Of a stretch of DNA of 64,000 nt, positions 22,226 through 31,809 are shown piece by piece. A model generated the notes under the pieces. It was not told the DNA's origin, did no database searches, and saw only the letters and a program-made list of their open reading frames with translations. The stretch is from an uncultured delta proteobacterium (lineage in GTDB: Bacteria; Myxococcota_A; Polyangia; Polyangiales; Polyangiaceae). Made by a program: the position numbers and the translations under genes. The stretch covers positions 1,856,001-1,920,000 of the forward strand of contig CAWKKR010000008.1 in the NCBI GenBank assembly GCA_963850305.1, given 5' to 3'. Numbering within the stretch: position 1 is the stretch's first letter; every line of letters starts with the position of its first letter.

Positions 22226-23404
22226 TCAGGGTGCGCGCCCGCGTCGATCGAGCCATCTACGCACGGCGGCCGTGCGGAACTCCGTGAGCCAGGCGATTCC
22301 GTACGCGTAAACGAGCACGCCGAGCCCGATGAGCGTCGCGGCGGCCGCGTGGCGATGGTCGGGGAGCCAGCGCCGCCGGCCTACGAGCCACGCTTCCGCG
22401 AAGACCACGACGGGGAATTGCGTCGCGTAGAGGGTGTAAGAGAAGGAGGCGAGACGGTCGCCCCATCGGGAGTACCTCGACGGACGCGACGGACCGGCGC
22501 TCGCGTCGAGCGTTTCGCCGCGCGCGACGAGCATCGCGAGAAAGAGCGCGGTCACGGCGCCGAGCACGAGATCCTCTGCGGATCGCGAGTGGAGGAGTCG
22601 CGAGCGCGACACCAGGGCGCCGGCGACGAACAGAGCCGTCGCGACGACCGCGCCCCGGTGATTTCGCAGGAGAGCCGGTCGCTTCGCGCGCATCACGACC
22701 ACGACGGCCCCCAGCGCCCACACGGCGAAGCACAGGCGGAGCAGTTCGCCGCCGAGCGTGAGAATGGCTCCACTGGCCGTCGCGAACAGCACGCGGACGA
22801 GGCGCCGCTCGTTGCCCGCGGCGGCTCGAAAGAGAAGCGGGAACAGTGCGTAAGACCAGAACTCGAGAGCGAGGGTCCAGAGGGGCGTGTTCGTTCCGAA
22901 CGCGCGCGTGAAGATGTCCTGCAAGAACGCCAGGTTTGCGAACAGTACCGGCAGCGTGAGCGTGGTCCGTACGTCGGGGACCCCGAGGTATCGCCCCGGA
23001 CCCTTCCCGCCGTAGATCCCGTGCACGCCGAAGAGCGAGAGACCGAGAGTGTCCCAGGCGAGCGTCAAGAGCAGGACGGGGACGAGCACGACGTACAGCC
23101 GAGTGACCCGTCGCATCGCGTACCGTGCCCAGGACCACGTGCCCCTCCGCGATGCCTCGACGACGGAGGTGCCGACGAGAAAGCCGCTGAGCACGAAGAA
23201 CACGATCACCGCCTGGTGGCTGAAGTTGGTCGCGAAATATACGGCTCGCGTCAGCGCGGAGTGTCTTCCGCCCCAATCGACGAAGCAGGCGCGTCTCACG
23301 TGGCCGATCAACACCGCGAGCGCGGCGAGCCCGCGCATCCAGTTCAGGGCATCGAGCGTGCTCGCGGGGATCGTCGACGCGGTCGCGCTTCGTGCGGCTC
23401 GCAT
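22226..23404 (-). CDS. Acyltransferase family 3 (OafA-like) O-acyltransferase
   Basis: RGLAALAVLIGH, AVIVFFVLSGFLV, RRVTRLY, N.PLWTL..EFW.Y, SYTLY. Confidence 0.92.
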   Translation of the reverse strand: MRAARSATASTIPASTLDALNWMRGLAALAVLIGHVRRACFVDWGGRHSALTRAVYFATNFSHQAVIVFFVLSGFLVGTSVVEASRRGTWSWARYAMRRVTRLYVVLVPVLLLTLAWDTLGLSLFGVHGIYGGKGPGRYLGVPDVRTTLTLPVLFANLAFLQDIFTRAFGTNTPLWTLALEFWSYALFPLLFRAAAGNERRLVRVLFATASGAILTLGGELLRLCFAVWALGAVVVVMRAKRPALLRNHRGAVVATALFVAGALVSRSRLLHSRSAEDLVLGAVTALFLAMLVARGETLDASAGPSRPSRYSRWGDRLASFSYTLYATQFPVVVFAEAWLVGRRRWLPDHRHAAAATLIGLGVLVYAYGIAWLTEFRTAAVRRWLDRRGRAP

Positions 23405-23471
23405 TGGGGGCCTACGGATCGCGCGGCGGGACCTTGGTCAAACCCACGCCTGATATTACAACGGTGCCGGG

Positions 23472-24680
23472 ATGACGCGGTTTCGCTCTCACGCCGTTCG
23501 CGCCGGGATACTTTTGATCGCCGGTCTCGGCGCGAGCGAGCTCTTGCTCCGTGCAGGGAGCGCCGTGAGTCCGACCTTGAACGCGGAGCTCGGGGGCCTG
23601 CCCGCGTGGCAGATTGCAGACCCCATCCTCGGCCACCGGCTTCGACCGCGATCGGGTGAAGCGGACGAGCGCGGATACCGGAACCGGGCTGCCGTTGCGA
23701 CGGCGGCGATCGTCGCCCTGGGGGATTCGATGACGTTCTGCCATTCGACGAGCATCGACCAGGCGTGGCCCGAGCGCGTCCAGGCGCTGACGGGGCTGTC
23801 GACCTACAATATGGGGGTTGGTGGTTACGGGCCCGCTCACTACGTCGTGCTCGTCCACGAAGCGCTCGCTCTGGCGCCAAAGGTCGTGCTCGTTGCACTC
23901 TACTCCGGCAACGACGTCGCGGACGCTTACACGATGGTCTACGAACGCGGGCGCCTTCCCGAGCTTCGGACCACCGACCCTGGTCGGCTCGCCGAGGTCG
24001 AGGAAGCCGCGCGGACGCGTCCACCAATCGACGCAAGCTGGCTCGAAACTCGCCGTCGACTCGACCTTGCCACGCCTTCGGTCGACCCTGGCATCAGACT
24101 CTTCGCGCTGTTTCGTTCGATCTGGACGCGGCTCCAGCCCTCGGGCGTTCCTCGTACATGGCCCGATTGGCGACGCCTCGCCGACCATTCGGATCCGAAC
24201 GTGGCGTTCGCCTTCGAGCTCGGTCGAGTACGCACGGTCCTCACCGCGCGAGACCACATGGCGCTGCTGGATCCGGGGGACCCGCGAGTTCTCGCGGGAG
24301 AGGACGTCACGTCCCTCGCGCTGAAACGCATCCATGACGAGCTGCCGAGCGGTACGCGGCTCGGCATCGTGCTCATTCCGACCAAGGAGCTGGTCTTCTA
24401 CGAGCTCGTCGCTGGACACGCGAATGTGCCGCCAGCGCTCGGAGGTTTGGTACGCGAGGAGACCGCGTTTTGGGACCGAATCCGGCTCGAAGGGGCGAAC
24501 CTGGGGGCGGACGTGATCGACGTCCTGCCGGCACTCCGGGGCATTCTTGCGAAGGGTGTGAACCCCTACCAGGAGAGCAGTGACGCACATCCTGCGGCTG
24601 CCGGCTACGAAGCCATCGCCGAGGCGGTCGCGTCGAGCCGGCTCATCTCCGCACTTCGGCCCGATCCGGAAGCCCGGTAG
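23472..24680 (+). CDS. SGNH/GDSL hydrolase family protein (periplasmic)
   Basis: N-term TM, GDSMT, N.GVGGYG, GND, D.HP...GY. Confidence 0.88.
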   Translation: MTRFRSHAVRAGILLIAGLGASELLLRAGSAVSPTLNAELGGLPAWQIADPILGHRLRPRSGEADERGYRNRAAVATAAIVALGDSMTFCHSTSIDQAWPERVQALTGLSTYNMGVGGYGPAHYVVLVHEALALAPKVVLVALYSGNDVADAYTMVYERGRLPELRTTDPGRLAEVEEAARTRPPIDASWLETRRRLDLATPSVDPGIRLFALFRSIWTRLQPSGVPRTWPDWRRLADHSDPNVAFAFELGRVRTVLTARDHMALLDPGDPRVLAGEDVTSLALKRIHDELPSGTRLGIVLIPTKELVFYELVAGHANVPPALGGLVREETAFWDRIRLEGANLGADVIDVLPALRGILAKGVNPYQESSDAHPAAAGYEAIAEAVASSRLISALRPDPEAR

Positions 24681-24683
24681 CCC

Positions 24684-25597
24684 TCATCGGGATGGGAGTG
24701 GCTCGAGCCACCGTGACAGGTCCCTATCGAGAAATGTTGCGAGCTTCCCGATCTCCTCGCGACGCTCGTCGACGAGCCGCCGCCGAAGTCGCGGGTCGAG
24801 CCGAGGCCGATGGCGATTCCAGCTCAGTTCCCGGTCGATGAGGAATCGACGCACTCGAATCGGGGACGAATGGGCGGAGCACCTCCTTCAACGGGTTGCG
24901 CGCGCGCACGAAGGTACTCAGCGCTCGGACGCGCGGAACGCTGCTCACGTTGTAGCGCCGCGAGACGTCCGGGACGAAGGTGTCGTCGACGCCGAGAAAG
25001 CGGAAGACGTCGCGAATGAACCCGAGCCGGTCCATCTCGAAGTCGTCATGGAGATAGACTCGGAGCTGTTCTCGAATCGAAGACGCGATGAAAGCGCTCG
25101 AGCTGCCGCTGGTAGCGCCCGAGCTCCGCGTAGTGCCAGAAGGGGCCCCATCCACGTGCGATGCGCGCGGGTTCGGCGCGCAAGGCTTCGTCGAAATCGG
25201 AGAGAGGCTCTGCGCCCAGATAGCGCTGATGCAAGAAGTTCGAGTACGCGCGGTCGACCGGGTTTCTGAGTATGGCAATCAGCTTGGCCCCCGGCACATG
25301 ACGGCGAATGCCGTCTTCGGCACCCGGCGTGTAAAGATAGAGGGTCGACGCTTCTCCGATGGCCCGCTCCCGGCTCGCCGAGGCGAAGAGCTCTTCGTAC
25401 TTCGTGACGCTCGTCACGAGTCTCTTCGCGTAGAGGGGATCGGTGGGTCCCGTGTAGGTCGGAACCGCGTGCGACAGGAGAAATCGGGGTTCCTTTTCGC
25501 GCGGCATGAATACGTCTGGGTGCTGGGAAAGATAGCGATAGAGCGCCGTCGTTCCGCACTTCGGTGGTCCGATGATGAGAAAATTAGGCAGCGTCAT
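24684..25597 (-). CDS. Sulfotransferase, two +1 frameshifts (near 25075 and 24858)
   Basis: PNFLIIGPPKCGTTALY..L.QHP, KEPRF, GEAST.Y, LRNPVDRAYS; repaired frame continues FDREQLRVYLHDD and ends FLDRDLSRWLEPLPSR* at 24684. Confidence 0.85.
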
Positions 25598-26538
25598 CGC
25601 GTTACGTCGTCCGCGTTGGAGCCGATGTCCGGGATCGCTTCGCGCGAGCTGCCGTAGCCGAATCGTTCGAGCCCTGCGGCATGTAGCCGATCGGTGAGCC
25701 ACTTCACGTCCGCGGGGTTCAGGTAGTCTCCGAAGCCACCGACTTTTCCACGGCGCACCTTGAATGACTCCGGATCGTTCGGAACCGCGGCGCGCAACCG
25801 GTGGCTGGCGAGGGCGTCGGCTGCTTCCAGGTTGCGCATGTTGTCGAAGGAGGCATACGCTACGGCTTCTTCCAACGTCGTGTCGGCCATGTCGCCGAAG
25901 CCCAGAAAGTCGACGACCTTGCGAAGTTCCGTCCGGGCGTCGCGCGCCATGTCTTCGTAGCGTACGAGGTGGAGCTGGGCGGGCGCGGTGAGGTTTCGAG
26001 CCCAGATGCGGTGAAACTCGAGAATCGTATCGTATCCTCCAGCGCAATCTCGCATGAAGTCCGGGAGAGTCTGCTCCCGCCGCTCCCGCCGGGTGACGTG
26101 GAAGTACCTCGAGACCAGCACGTCCCGCGGATCTCGGACGAGCAGAACGACTCGCTTCCGCCGGTAGCGGCGCCGATCTTGTCGCAGATCGCCGGGCCGC
26201 GAGCGGCTGGTGACGTCATCGTGAGTCACGAGAATGCGCGGCATTCGGCGATCGAGATCGGCGAACTGTTCGAGCTCGAGCGGACTCGAAGGAGAGAGCC
26301 CGAAGTGGAGCTCGAGCGCGCGACCCACGAGCATTCGGAGCCAGGTGCGTCCCGCCTTCGGATAAGATACGAGACACACGTCTGCCCGCTCGAAACGCAT
26401 CCAGCGTCGCGCGTCGATCCAAAGGAGGTTCAGCGGCGTACCGATGCGAGGAGGCAGCGCTTCCAGGATGCGCCGGCGGGTCGCTGCGGAAGGGAACATC
26501 TTTCCGATGTTGGTTCCCCTGCGCGGGGAATGACTCAT
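25594..26538 (-). CDS. Sulfotransferase (Sulfotransfer_1 type)
   Basis: SYPKAGRTW, VRDPRDVLVS, VRYEDM, SFDNMR, KVRRGKVGG; start codon uncertain. Confidence 0.9.
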   Translation of the reverse strand: MSHSPRRGTNIGKMFPSAATRRRILEALPPRIGTPLNLLWIDARRWMRFERADVCLVSYPKAGRTWLRMLVGRALELHFGLSPSSPLELEQFADLDRRMPRILVTHDDVTSRSRPGDLRQDRRRYRRKRVVLLVRDPRDVLVSRYFHVTRRERREQTLPDFMRDCAGGYDTILEFHRIWARNLTAPAQLHLVRYEDMARDARTELRKVVDFLGFGDMADTTLEEAVAYASFDNMRNLEAADALASHRLRAAVPNDPESFKVRRGKVGGFGDYLNPADVKWLTDRLHAAGLERFGYGSSREAIPDIGSNADDVTR

Positions 26539-26567
26539 CGACCGCCGACGCAGTATCATGCGCGCCG

Positions 26568-27710
26568 ATGAGCGGCAATCCCGCGCCTTCGCCTGGATCG
26601 TCGCGTCAGCTCGCATGCGCGGTCGTGCTGCCTTACGTGGCGCAGAGGATTTTCCTGGGCTGCGTCGCGATCGTTGCGATGGAGTTCGTCCCGGAAAAGC
26701 GAGGTTTTCATGCGCTCCCGCACCTTGCGGGGCTCGATGCATGGATCCGCTGGGACAGCGAGTACTACATCACGATTGCGGAGCACGGGTACGGCATGCA
26801 CGGTGCCGTGAACCCGAACGCGTTTTTTCCATTTTATCCCGCACTCTCCGCGCTGGTAGGGAAGATTGTACCGGTGCCGATCGCCGCGTGGCTCGTCGCG
26901 AATCTCGCCGCCGTCACCGCGATATGCCTCCTGTACTTGCTGGCGCGCGATCTGGAGGGCGCGGTCGTGGCGCGTCGCGCGGCGCTCATGGCGATCGTAT
27001 TTCCGACTTCGTACTTCTTGAGCTCGGTCTACGCCGAGTCGACGTACCTGGCGCTCGCCATCGGCGCGATCCTTTTGGCTTCGCGCGGCCGGCAAGTGCT
27101 CGCGGCGGCGCTGGTCTTTTTGGCGTGCCTCTCGCGGCCTCAGGGTTTTCTCTGCCTCACCATTCCTTTCGCGGCGGGTTGGCTCATACGCAGCCGAAAG
27201 GCGAAGGAATTGCCGTGGTTCGTGCTCGCCGCCGGGCCTGCGGCGCTGGCGCTGCTCTTGATCTATCGCTCGTACACGGGGGATGCGTTCGCGTTCCTTC
27301 ACTCCGGGACCGTCCAGAGTCTCGGCGCGTTTCGCGACAAGGGCATTCTTCGTCCCCCATCGAAGTGGGCAGTGCTGTTGGATGAGGGACTCGGTCCGAA
27401 CCTGATTCGGCGACTCCTGAACTGGAGCGCGCTCGGCCTCGTAGCCGTCGGAGCCCTGGATTTTTTTCGTCGAAGGAACTGGGAGATGGCCCTCATATCC
27501 ACCTTCGCGATGGGTATCCCGCTCTTCTTCCATCACACGTTCTTCGACGCGGCGTCGATGGCGCGTTACGCGCTACTGGCGTTTCCGATCTTCATCTCGC
27601 TCGGACGCTGGACGCGAAGAAGCAGCACCGCCTGGATCGTGGACACGGGTTTCATGATGCTTCAGACCGTACTCTTCGCGCTTTTCGCGTGCTGGTACTG
27701 GGTGGAGTGA
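26568..27710 (+). CDS. PIG-V/GPI mannosyltransferase-II-like GT-C glycosyltransferase
   Basis: RWDSEYY..IAEHGY, AFFPFYP, FP.SYFLS.VYAES, R..G, RY...FP. Confidence 0.82.
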   Translation: MSGNPAPSPGSSRQLACAVVLPYVAQRIFLGCVAIVAMEFVPEKRGFHALPHLAGLDAWIRWDSEYYITIAEHGYGMHGAVNPNAFFPFYPALSALVGKIVPVPIAAWLVANLAAVTAICLLYLLARDLEGAVVARRAALMAIVFPTSYFLSSVYAESTYLALAIGAILLASRGRQVLAAALVFLACLSRPQGFLCLTIPFAAGWLIRSRKAKELPWFVLAAGPAALALLLIYRSYTGDAFAFLHSGTVQSLGAFRDKGILRPPSKWAVLLDEGLGPNLIRRLLNWSALGLVAVGALDFFRRRNWEMALISTFAMGIPLFFHHTFFDAASMARYALLAFPIFISLGRWTRRSSTAWIVDTGFMMLQTVLFALFACWYWVE

Positions 27711-28366
27711 CCGTGGCCAAGACGCGTGGAGACCATCATGCTCTGCTGCTCGCCGCGCTGGTCGGCGTGGGCCTGTCCGCGTGTGACGTCCCTCCGGATC
27801 CGACTCCACTGCTCGAACCCACGTACTTCCCGACGAAGAATCTGACTCTCGTCGCGCTGAACCTTCGCACGCTCGCCGCAATCCGCACGTCGGACGGAGA
27901 GACTCTCTGGACGTACCATCCTCCCGGGACGCCCCAGAAATCCGCAGTCGCGCGTCGCCCGGCGTATCTCACGTGCCCGCCAAAGCTCGCCCGGAACGAC
28001 ACGCTTCTGATCGCCTACACGGATCGATTCGCCGTCGTCGAGGCCGACACGGGCCTCGAACGCTGGACGTTTCGTTACCGGCGTCGCGGTGAGAGGACGC
28101 TGTGCCCCGCCATTGCCGCGGATTCCGGCGTCCTCTTTTTCGTTCCGAGCGAGTATGGTGATCGCACCGAGCTCACCAAGCTAGGCGTCGGCGGCGCCAT
28201 GCGATGGACCACCAAGCTGCCGGACATCGGACCCGTAGCCGGTGCACCCCTGGTGAACCAGGACACCGGAGACATCGTCGTGTTTGCCCGCAAGCAGCTG
28301 GTCGACCTGAGCCCGGAAGGGCTCGTCAACTGGGTGCATGATCGTCCGGCGTCGGCCGGGCCGTAG
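27707..28366 (+). CDS. Lipoprotein with PQQ-like beta-propeller repeats (short)
   Basis: GTG overlaps upstream TGA; lipobox LSAC; G...W repeats (DGETLW, TGLERW, GGAMRW, EGLVNW). Confidence 0.72.
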   Translation: MTVAKTRGDHHALLLAALVGVGLSACDVPPDPTPLLEPTYFPTKNLTLVALNLRTLAAIRTSDGETLWTYHPPGTPQKSAVARRPAYLTCPPKLARNDTLLIAYTDRFAVVEADTGLERWTFRYRRRGERTLCPAIAADSGVLFFVPSEYGDRTELTKLGVGGAMRWTTKLPDIGPVAGAPLVNQDTGDIVVFARKQLVDLSPEGLVNWVHDRPASAGP

Positions 28367-29843
28367 TGCTTTGCGCGTCGAGCGCTCGCTCCGTTGCCCA
28401 GCGGACGAGCGCGACGAGGAGGATGATCGTCAACGAGTCGAGGGAGAAGCGCGCGAGCAGAAGATGTCGCCCAAGGGCGAAAAAGCCATCTCCCAGCACC
28501 GAGACGACGATCTGGGTCAGGATGACCAGGACGAGATACGCCGCTACCATGACCAGCGGATCCGATCGCCGGCGCGCCATGGCGCGGGCGGTCCACCCGA
28601 TACCGAGCGCGATCCACGTCCACACTTGCCATTCGCCTCCGAGCAGACACGGACGCATCGCATCCCAGGCCGGCACTAGGGAAGGGGGGCCTTGCCCCCC
28701 GCGGCTCGCTTCGCGACCGCTCCCCCCGCCGCCTTCGGCGTCAGCGCTGGCGCGATGCTCTGGGCGCGACGTGTGCGTGCGTGCGAGCGCGTGACCTGCG
28801 CGAACGGCCGCCCGAAACATGGCGCCCGGCTCCTCGAGATAACGCAGCGCCACCGACGTCGGAGCGATATCGCGGGTCGTATCGCGATCCGCTTCGGTGA
28901 CTCGCTCGTCGAACGAAGAGGTTCCGACGAGCCTACGCCGGTCGCGGGGCACCCCGAGGGCTCCGAGGACGGCGCGCGGATTCTTCGAGACCTCCGCGAT
29001 GCCGGCGTACACCGAGTCGTAACGGTTGATGCGCGGGAAGCGATGGCCGCCGCCCCAGCGAAAGTAGATGGGGGCGAGAACGGCAATGGCCGCCAGCGCG
29101 AGCAACAACGCTCGCGCTCCCCGTGTTCGATGCGCGCCCGTGCGACGCAGCGCTCCCAACACGGCGAGCGTGGCGACGATTCCGATGGGCGAGTAAGAGG
29201 CCTTGGAAAAGGCAACGAGGGCAGTGAAGAACGACAGCGCGACGGCTGCGACGGCGCTGCTCGAACAGGACCGTTTCGCCGCGACGCTCTGACGGAGTAA
29301 CCACGACACGATTCCGAACGAACCAACCAACGCGACCGCGTCCGCGTAGAAGCTGTTGAACAACAGGAGATACCGAGGGTCACTGAGAACCCACAAGAGC
29401 AGCACTCCGGTCGACAGGAGGACGGTCGGCGTGCCCGCCAGCATCGCAAACGCGCCGCAGAGCAGGAGTAGCTGAGCTATCCCCATCTGACGCAAATCCA
29501 TCACGCCTGAGCCAAGCGCGCCGAAGTCGAGCCCCCGTGCCGCCCACGCGATCAGTGCCGGGCTCGAGGGGTGCCTTGCCAGATGCGATTCCGTCGTGGT
29601 GAAGCGCGACTCGACGAATGCGCGGCTCCTCGTGGCGCCACCCTCGAGGTGGCGAATTCCAGCGGGATGCATCACCCGCCAGAAATCTCCGTTGTCTGGA
29701 ACGCCGCGGACGGGGCTCTGCGCCAGCAAGCGCGCGTCGAGCAGCAGGAGGAGCACCCCGACGACGAGCATTACCCGGCGAAAGCGCTCCACGAGTACCT
29801 TGCGGTCGGACGCGCGATGTCCTTCGCGTTCGGGGCTCATCAC
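28326..29843 (-). CDS. WsfD-like GT-C membrane glycosyltransferase (copy 2)
   Basis: GVPDNGDFWRVMHPAGIR, YLLLFNSFYADAVA, GDG...L.RHLLLAR; clear paralog of 19672..21081. Confidence 0.7.
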   Translation of the reverse strand: MMSPEREGHRASDRKVLVERFRRVMLVVGVLLLLLDARLLAQSPVRGVPDNGDFWRVMHPAGIRHLEGGATRSRAFVESRFTTTESHLARHPSSPALIAWAARGLDFGALGSGVMDLRQMGIAQLLLLCGAFAMLAGTPTVLLSTGVLLLWVLSDPRYLLLFNSFYADAVALVGSFGIVSWLLRQSVAAKRSCSSSAVAAVALSFFTALVAFSKASYSPIGIVATLAVLGALRRTGAHRTRGARALLLALAAIAVLAPIYFRWGGGHRFPRINRYDSVYAGIAEVSKNPRAVLGALGVPRDRRRLVGTSSFDERVTEADRDTTRDIAPTSVALRYLEEPGAMFRAAVRAGHALARTHTSRPEHRASADAEGGGGSGREASRGGQGPPSLVPAWDAMRPCLLGGEWQVWTWIALGIGWTARAMARRRSDPLVMVAAYLVLVILTQIVVSVLGDGFFALGRHLLLARFSLDSLTIILLVALVRWATERALDAQSTTARPTPDDHAPS

Positions 29844-30244
29844 TCGAGCATCCGCTGTCGTCGCAAAAACGCAGCCAGCGTCTCCGCCAAACGCCGGTGC
29901 CCCGTCGCAGAGAGGTGCCAGTCACCTTGCAGATATGCGTCCGGGTCGGGTCGGCCGTCCGCGAGCGTGAGCGCGTTCGTCGGATCGAAATAGGGGACGC
30001 CGAGCTCGGCGGTGACGGCCGCGGCGACTCGCCTCATCGACTTGCCTGCGCGTTCGGCTCCCGACGCGGGTTGCGAGTCCGCGGGCATGTAAGCCATGAC
30101 CAGGCGCGAGCCGGTGGCGTCGAGCGTCGTCTTCATCACCTTCACTGCGGTCCGGATGTATCGAGTCGCGAAACCGAACCGAACGCCAAGAGCGCGACGC
30201 GCTCCGCCCACTTTTTCAATGGCCGTGGGCTGCCGCGCAGTCAT
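29840..30244 (-). pseudogene. C-terminal half of an SGNH hydrolase (no GDS nucleophile block)
   Basis: LGVPYFDPT..L...Y...DWHLS..GHR.LAE present; N-terminal blocks absent. Confidence 0.6.
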
Positions 30245-31730
30245 AAAGCGCGTGCAGGCTCCCCGCGGGCAAACCGGCCGCCTCGCTGACGTCGGTGCAA
30301 TGCGTCTGGATCCATCGTCGGTCCGTCCGCCGGAGCGTGTTGTCGCGTCGCGATCGCTTCACGTCCACGAAGCGCACGGCGCCGCGCTCGACTCGCTCTT
30401 CGACGGGCCAGCGTGAGTCGTAGGGCCTCTCCATACGGCCGGTATAATAGCTCAAACCAGGCGCGTATCGGCACTCGGCGGTGCCCTTCGTTCCCGCGGT
30501 ATGCGCCGCGATGAATGCGCCCATTTCGCGATAGTGGGTTTCGTAAAGGATCTCGTCGCCGTGCAAGACCAGATATACCGGGTGCGCCAGCAGCGCGACC
30601 GCGAGAGCGGTCCCGAGAACACCGCCGGCACGCCGGACCTCGAGAAGCGCGTTCAGTCCACCTCCGACGGCGATCGACCACGCGGGAAGGAGCACCAGCA
30701 AGTACTGCAGGTAGTGATCGCGGCCCATGGCCACGGGGAGATACGCGAGCACCCAGAGGAGCATGGGAGTCGCACGACGCAAAAGTAAGCGCTCCGTCCC
30801 GCGGCGCTTCGCCTTCGCGAGCGCGAACAGCATGCCTCCGAGCGCGAGACCGACCTCCACCGCGATCGCGGGCGTACCGACGTGAAAATGACCGAGCGAG
30901 AGATACGGAGCCGCCAGCTGTTGCATGCCGGATTCGTAGCGGGTGATTCCATATCGCAAGAAGAGCAGATCCCAGACGCGCGACCCGCGCCGCATCCACA
31001 AGAAGCCGGTGTATGGGGTTCGCCAGATCGAGAGCGCGATGGGCCACGCCGCGAATATCGCGAGCCCGGCTGCGAAGGCGAACCCCACGGCGAGCTTCGT
31101 TCGCCCTTCCCGCCGCCGGTGCGCTTCACAGAGGAAAAATGGAATCAGACCGAAGACGGGTAGGACGGGAGCCCACAGCTTCGTGAGGAGTGCGAGCCCG
31201 ATGATCGGCGCGGAGGCGAGAATCGCGATCGAGCTTCGGTGCCGGATGCCACGGACGATCAGATACGTCGCGAGGAGGCCATAAAAGAGCCCAACGACGT
31301 CCATCTGATAGACGCGCGAGAGCGCCACATGAAGCGGGCTCGAGGCAAACACGAGGGCGGCGAGGAGCGCGGCTCTCCGACTGCAATACGAGCGACACAG
31401 CGCCTCGAATATCGGGATGGACGCGACGCCGGCAATCACGGACACCAGGCGAAGCGCGAGCTCCGGACCGAGCGGCAAATGCAGCGCAAGCGCACCGAGC
31501 CAGAAGAACGCGGGCGGCTTGTTGATGAGGACCCGATCCAGGCTCCGTTCGAAGACGAACGGGTAAACCCAATTGAGAAGATGATGCGCCGCCCCCCGCG
31601 CGACGACCGCGTAGTAACCCTCGTCCCAGGCGCTGCCGAAGTCGTAGCGGCCAATGCCGGGAAGGAGTCGCACGGCGAGGGCGTAGCTCGTCAGAGCCAA
31701 AAGCAGCAGTCGGTGTGTTCGACGTGACAC
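30216..31730 (-). CDS. ArnT/PMT-family (GT83/GT39-like) glycosyltransferase
   Basis: WDEGYY, KPPAFFW, LRLVS, SP.H..LSR...MD, LALLTK; start at GTG (VSRRTH). Confidence 0.85.
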   Translation of the reverse strand: MSRRTHRLLLLALTSYALAVRLLPGIGRYDFGSAWDEGYYAVVARGAAHHLLNWVYPFVFERSLDRVLINKPPAFFWLGALALHLPLGPELALRLVSVIAGVASIPIFEALCRSYCSRRAALLAALVFASSPLHVALSRVYQMDVVGLFYGLLATYLIVRGIRHRSSIAILASAPIIGLALLTKLWAPVLPVFGLIPFFLCEAHRRREGRTKLAVGFAFAAGLAIFAAWPIALSIWRTPYTGFLWMRRGSRVWDLLFLRYGITRYESGMQQLAAPYLSLGHFHVGTPAIAVEVGLALGGMLFALAKAKRRGTERLLLRRATPMLLWVLAYLPVAMGRDHYLQYLLVLLPAWSIAVGGGLNALLEVRRAGGVLGTALAVALLAHPVYLVLHGDEILYETHYREMGAFIAAHTAGTKGTAECRYAPGLSYYTGRMERPYDSRWPVEERVERGAVRFVDVKRSRRDNTLRRTDRRWIQTHCTDVSEAAGLPAGSLHALYDCAAAHGH

Positions 31731-31809
31731 GAGTCCGGATCCGCATGCACCATAGCGTTTCCGCCGGACATCGATCGGCGAGTCTCGCACGGAGTATGCT
31801 CGCCACCCG

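Noticed and set aside
22088..23659. Long overlapping ORFs such as 22088..23659(+), 12215..13894(+), 32944..34743(-), 43716..45446(+)
   Set aside because: Arg/Gly-rich alternative-frame or antisense shadows typical of high-GC DNA, overlapping well-supported genes
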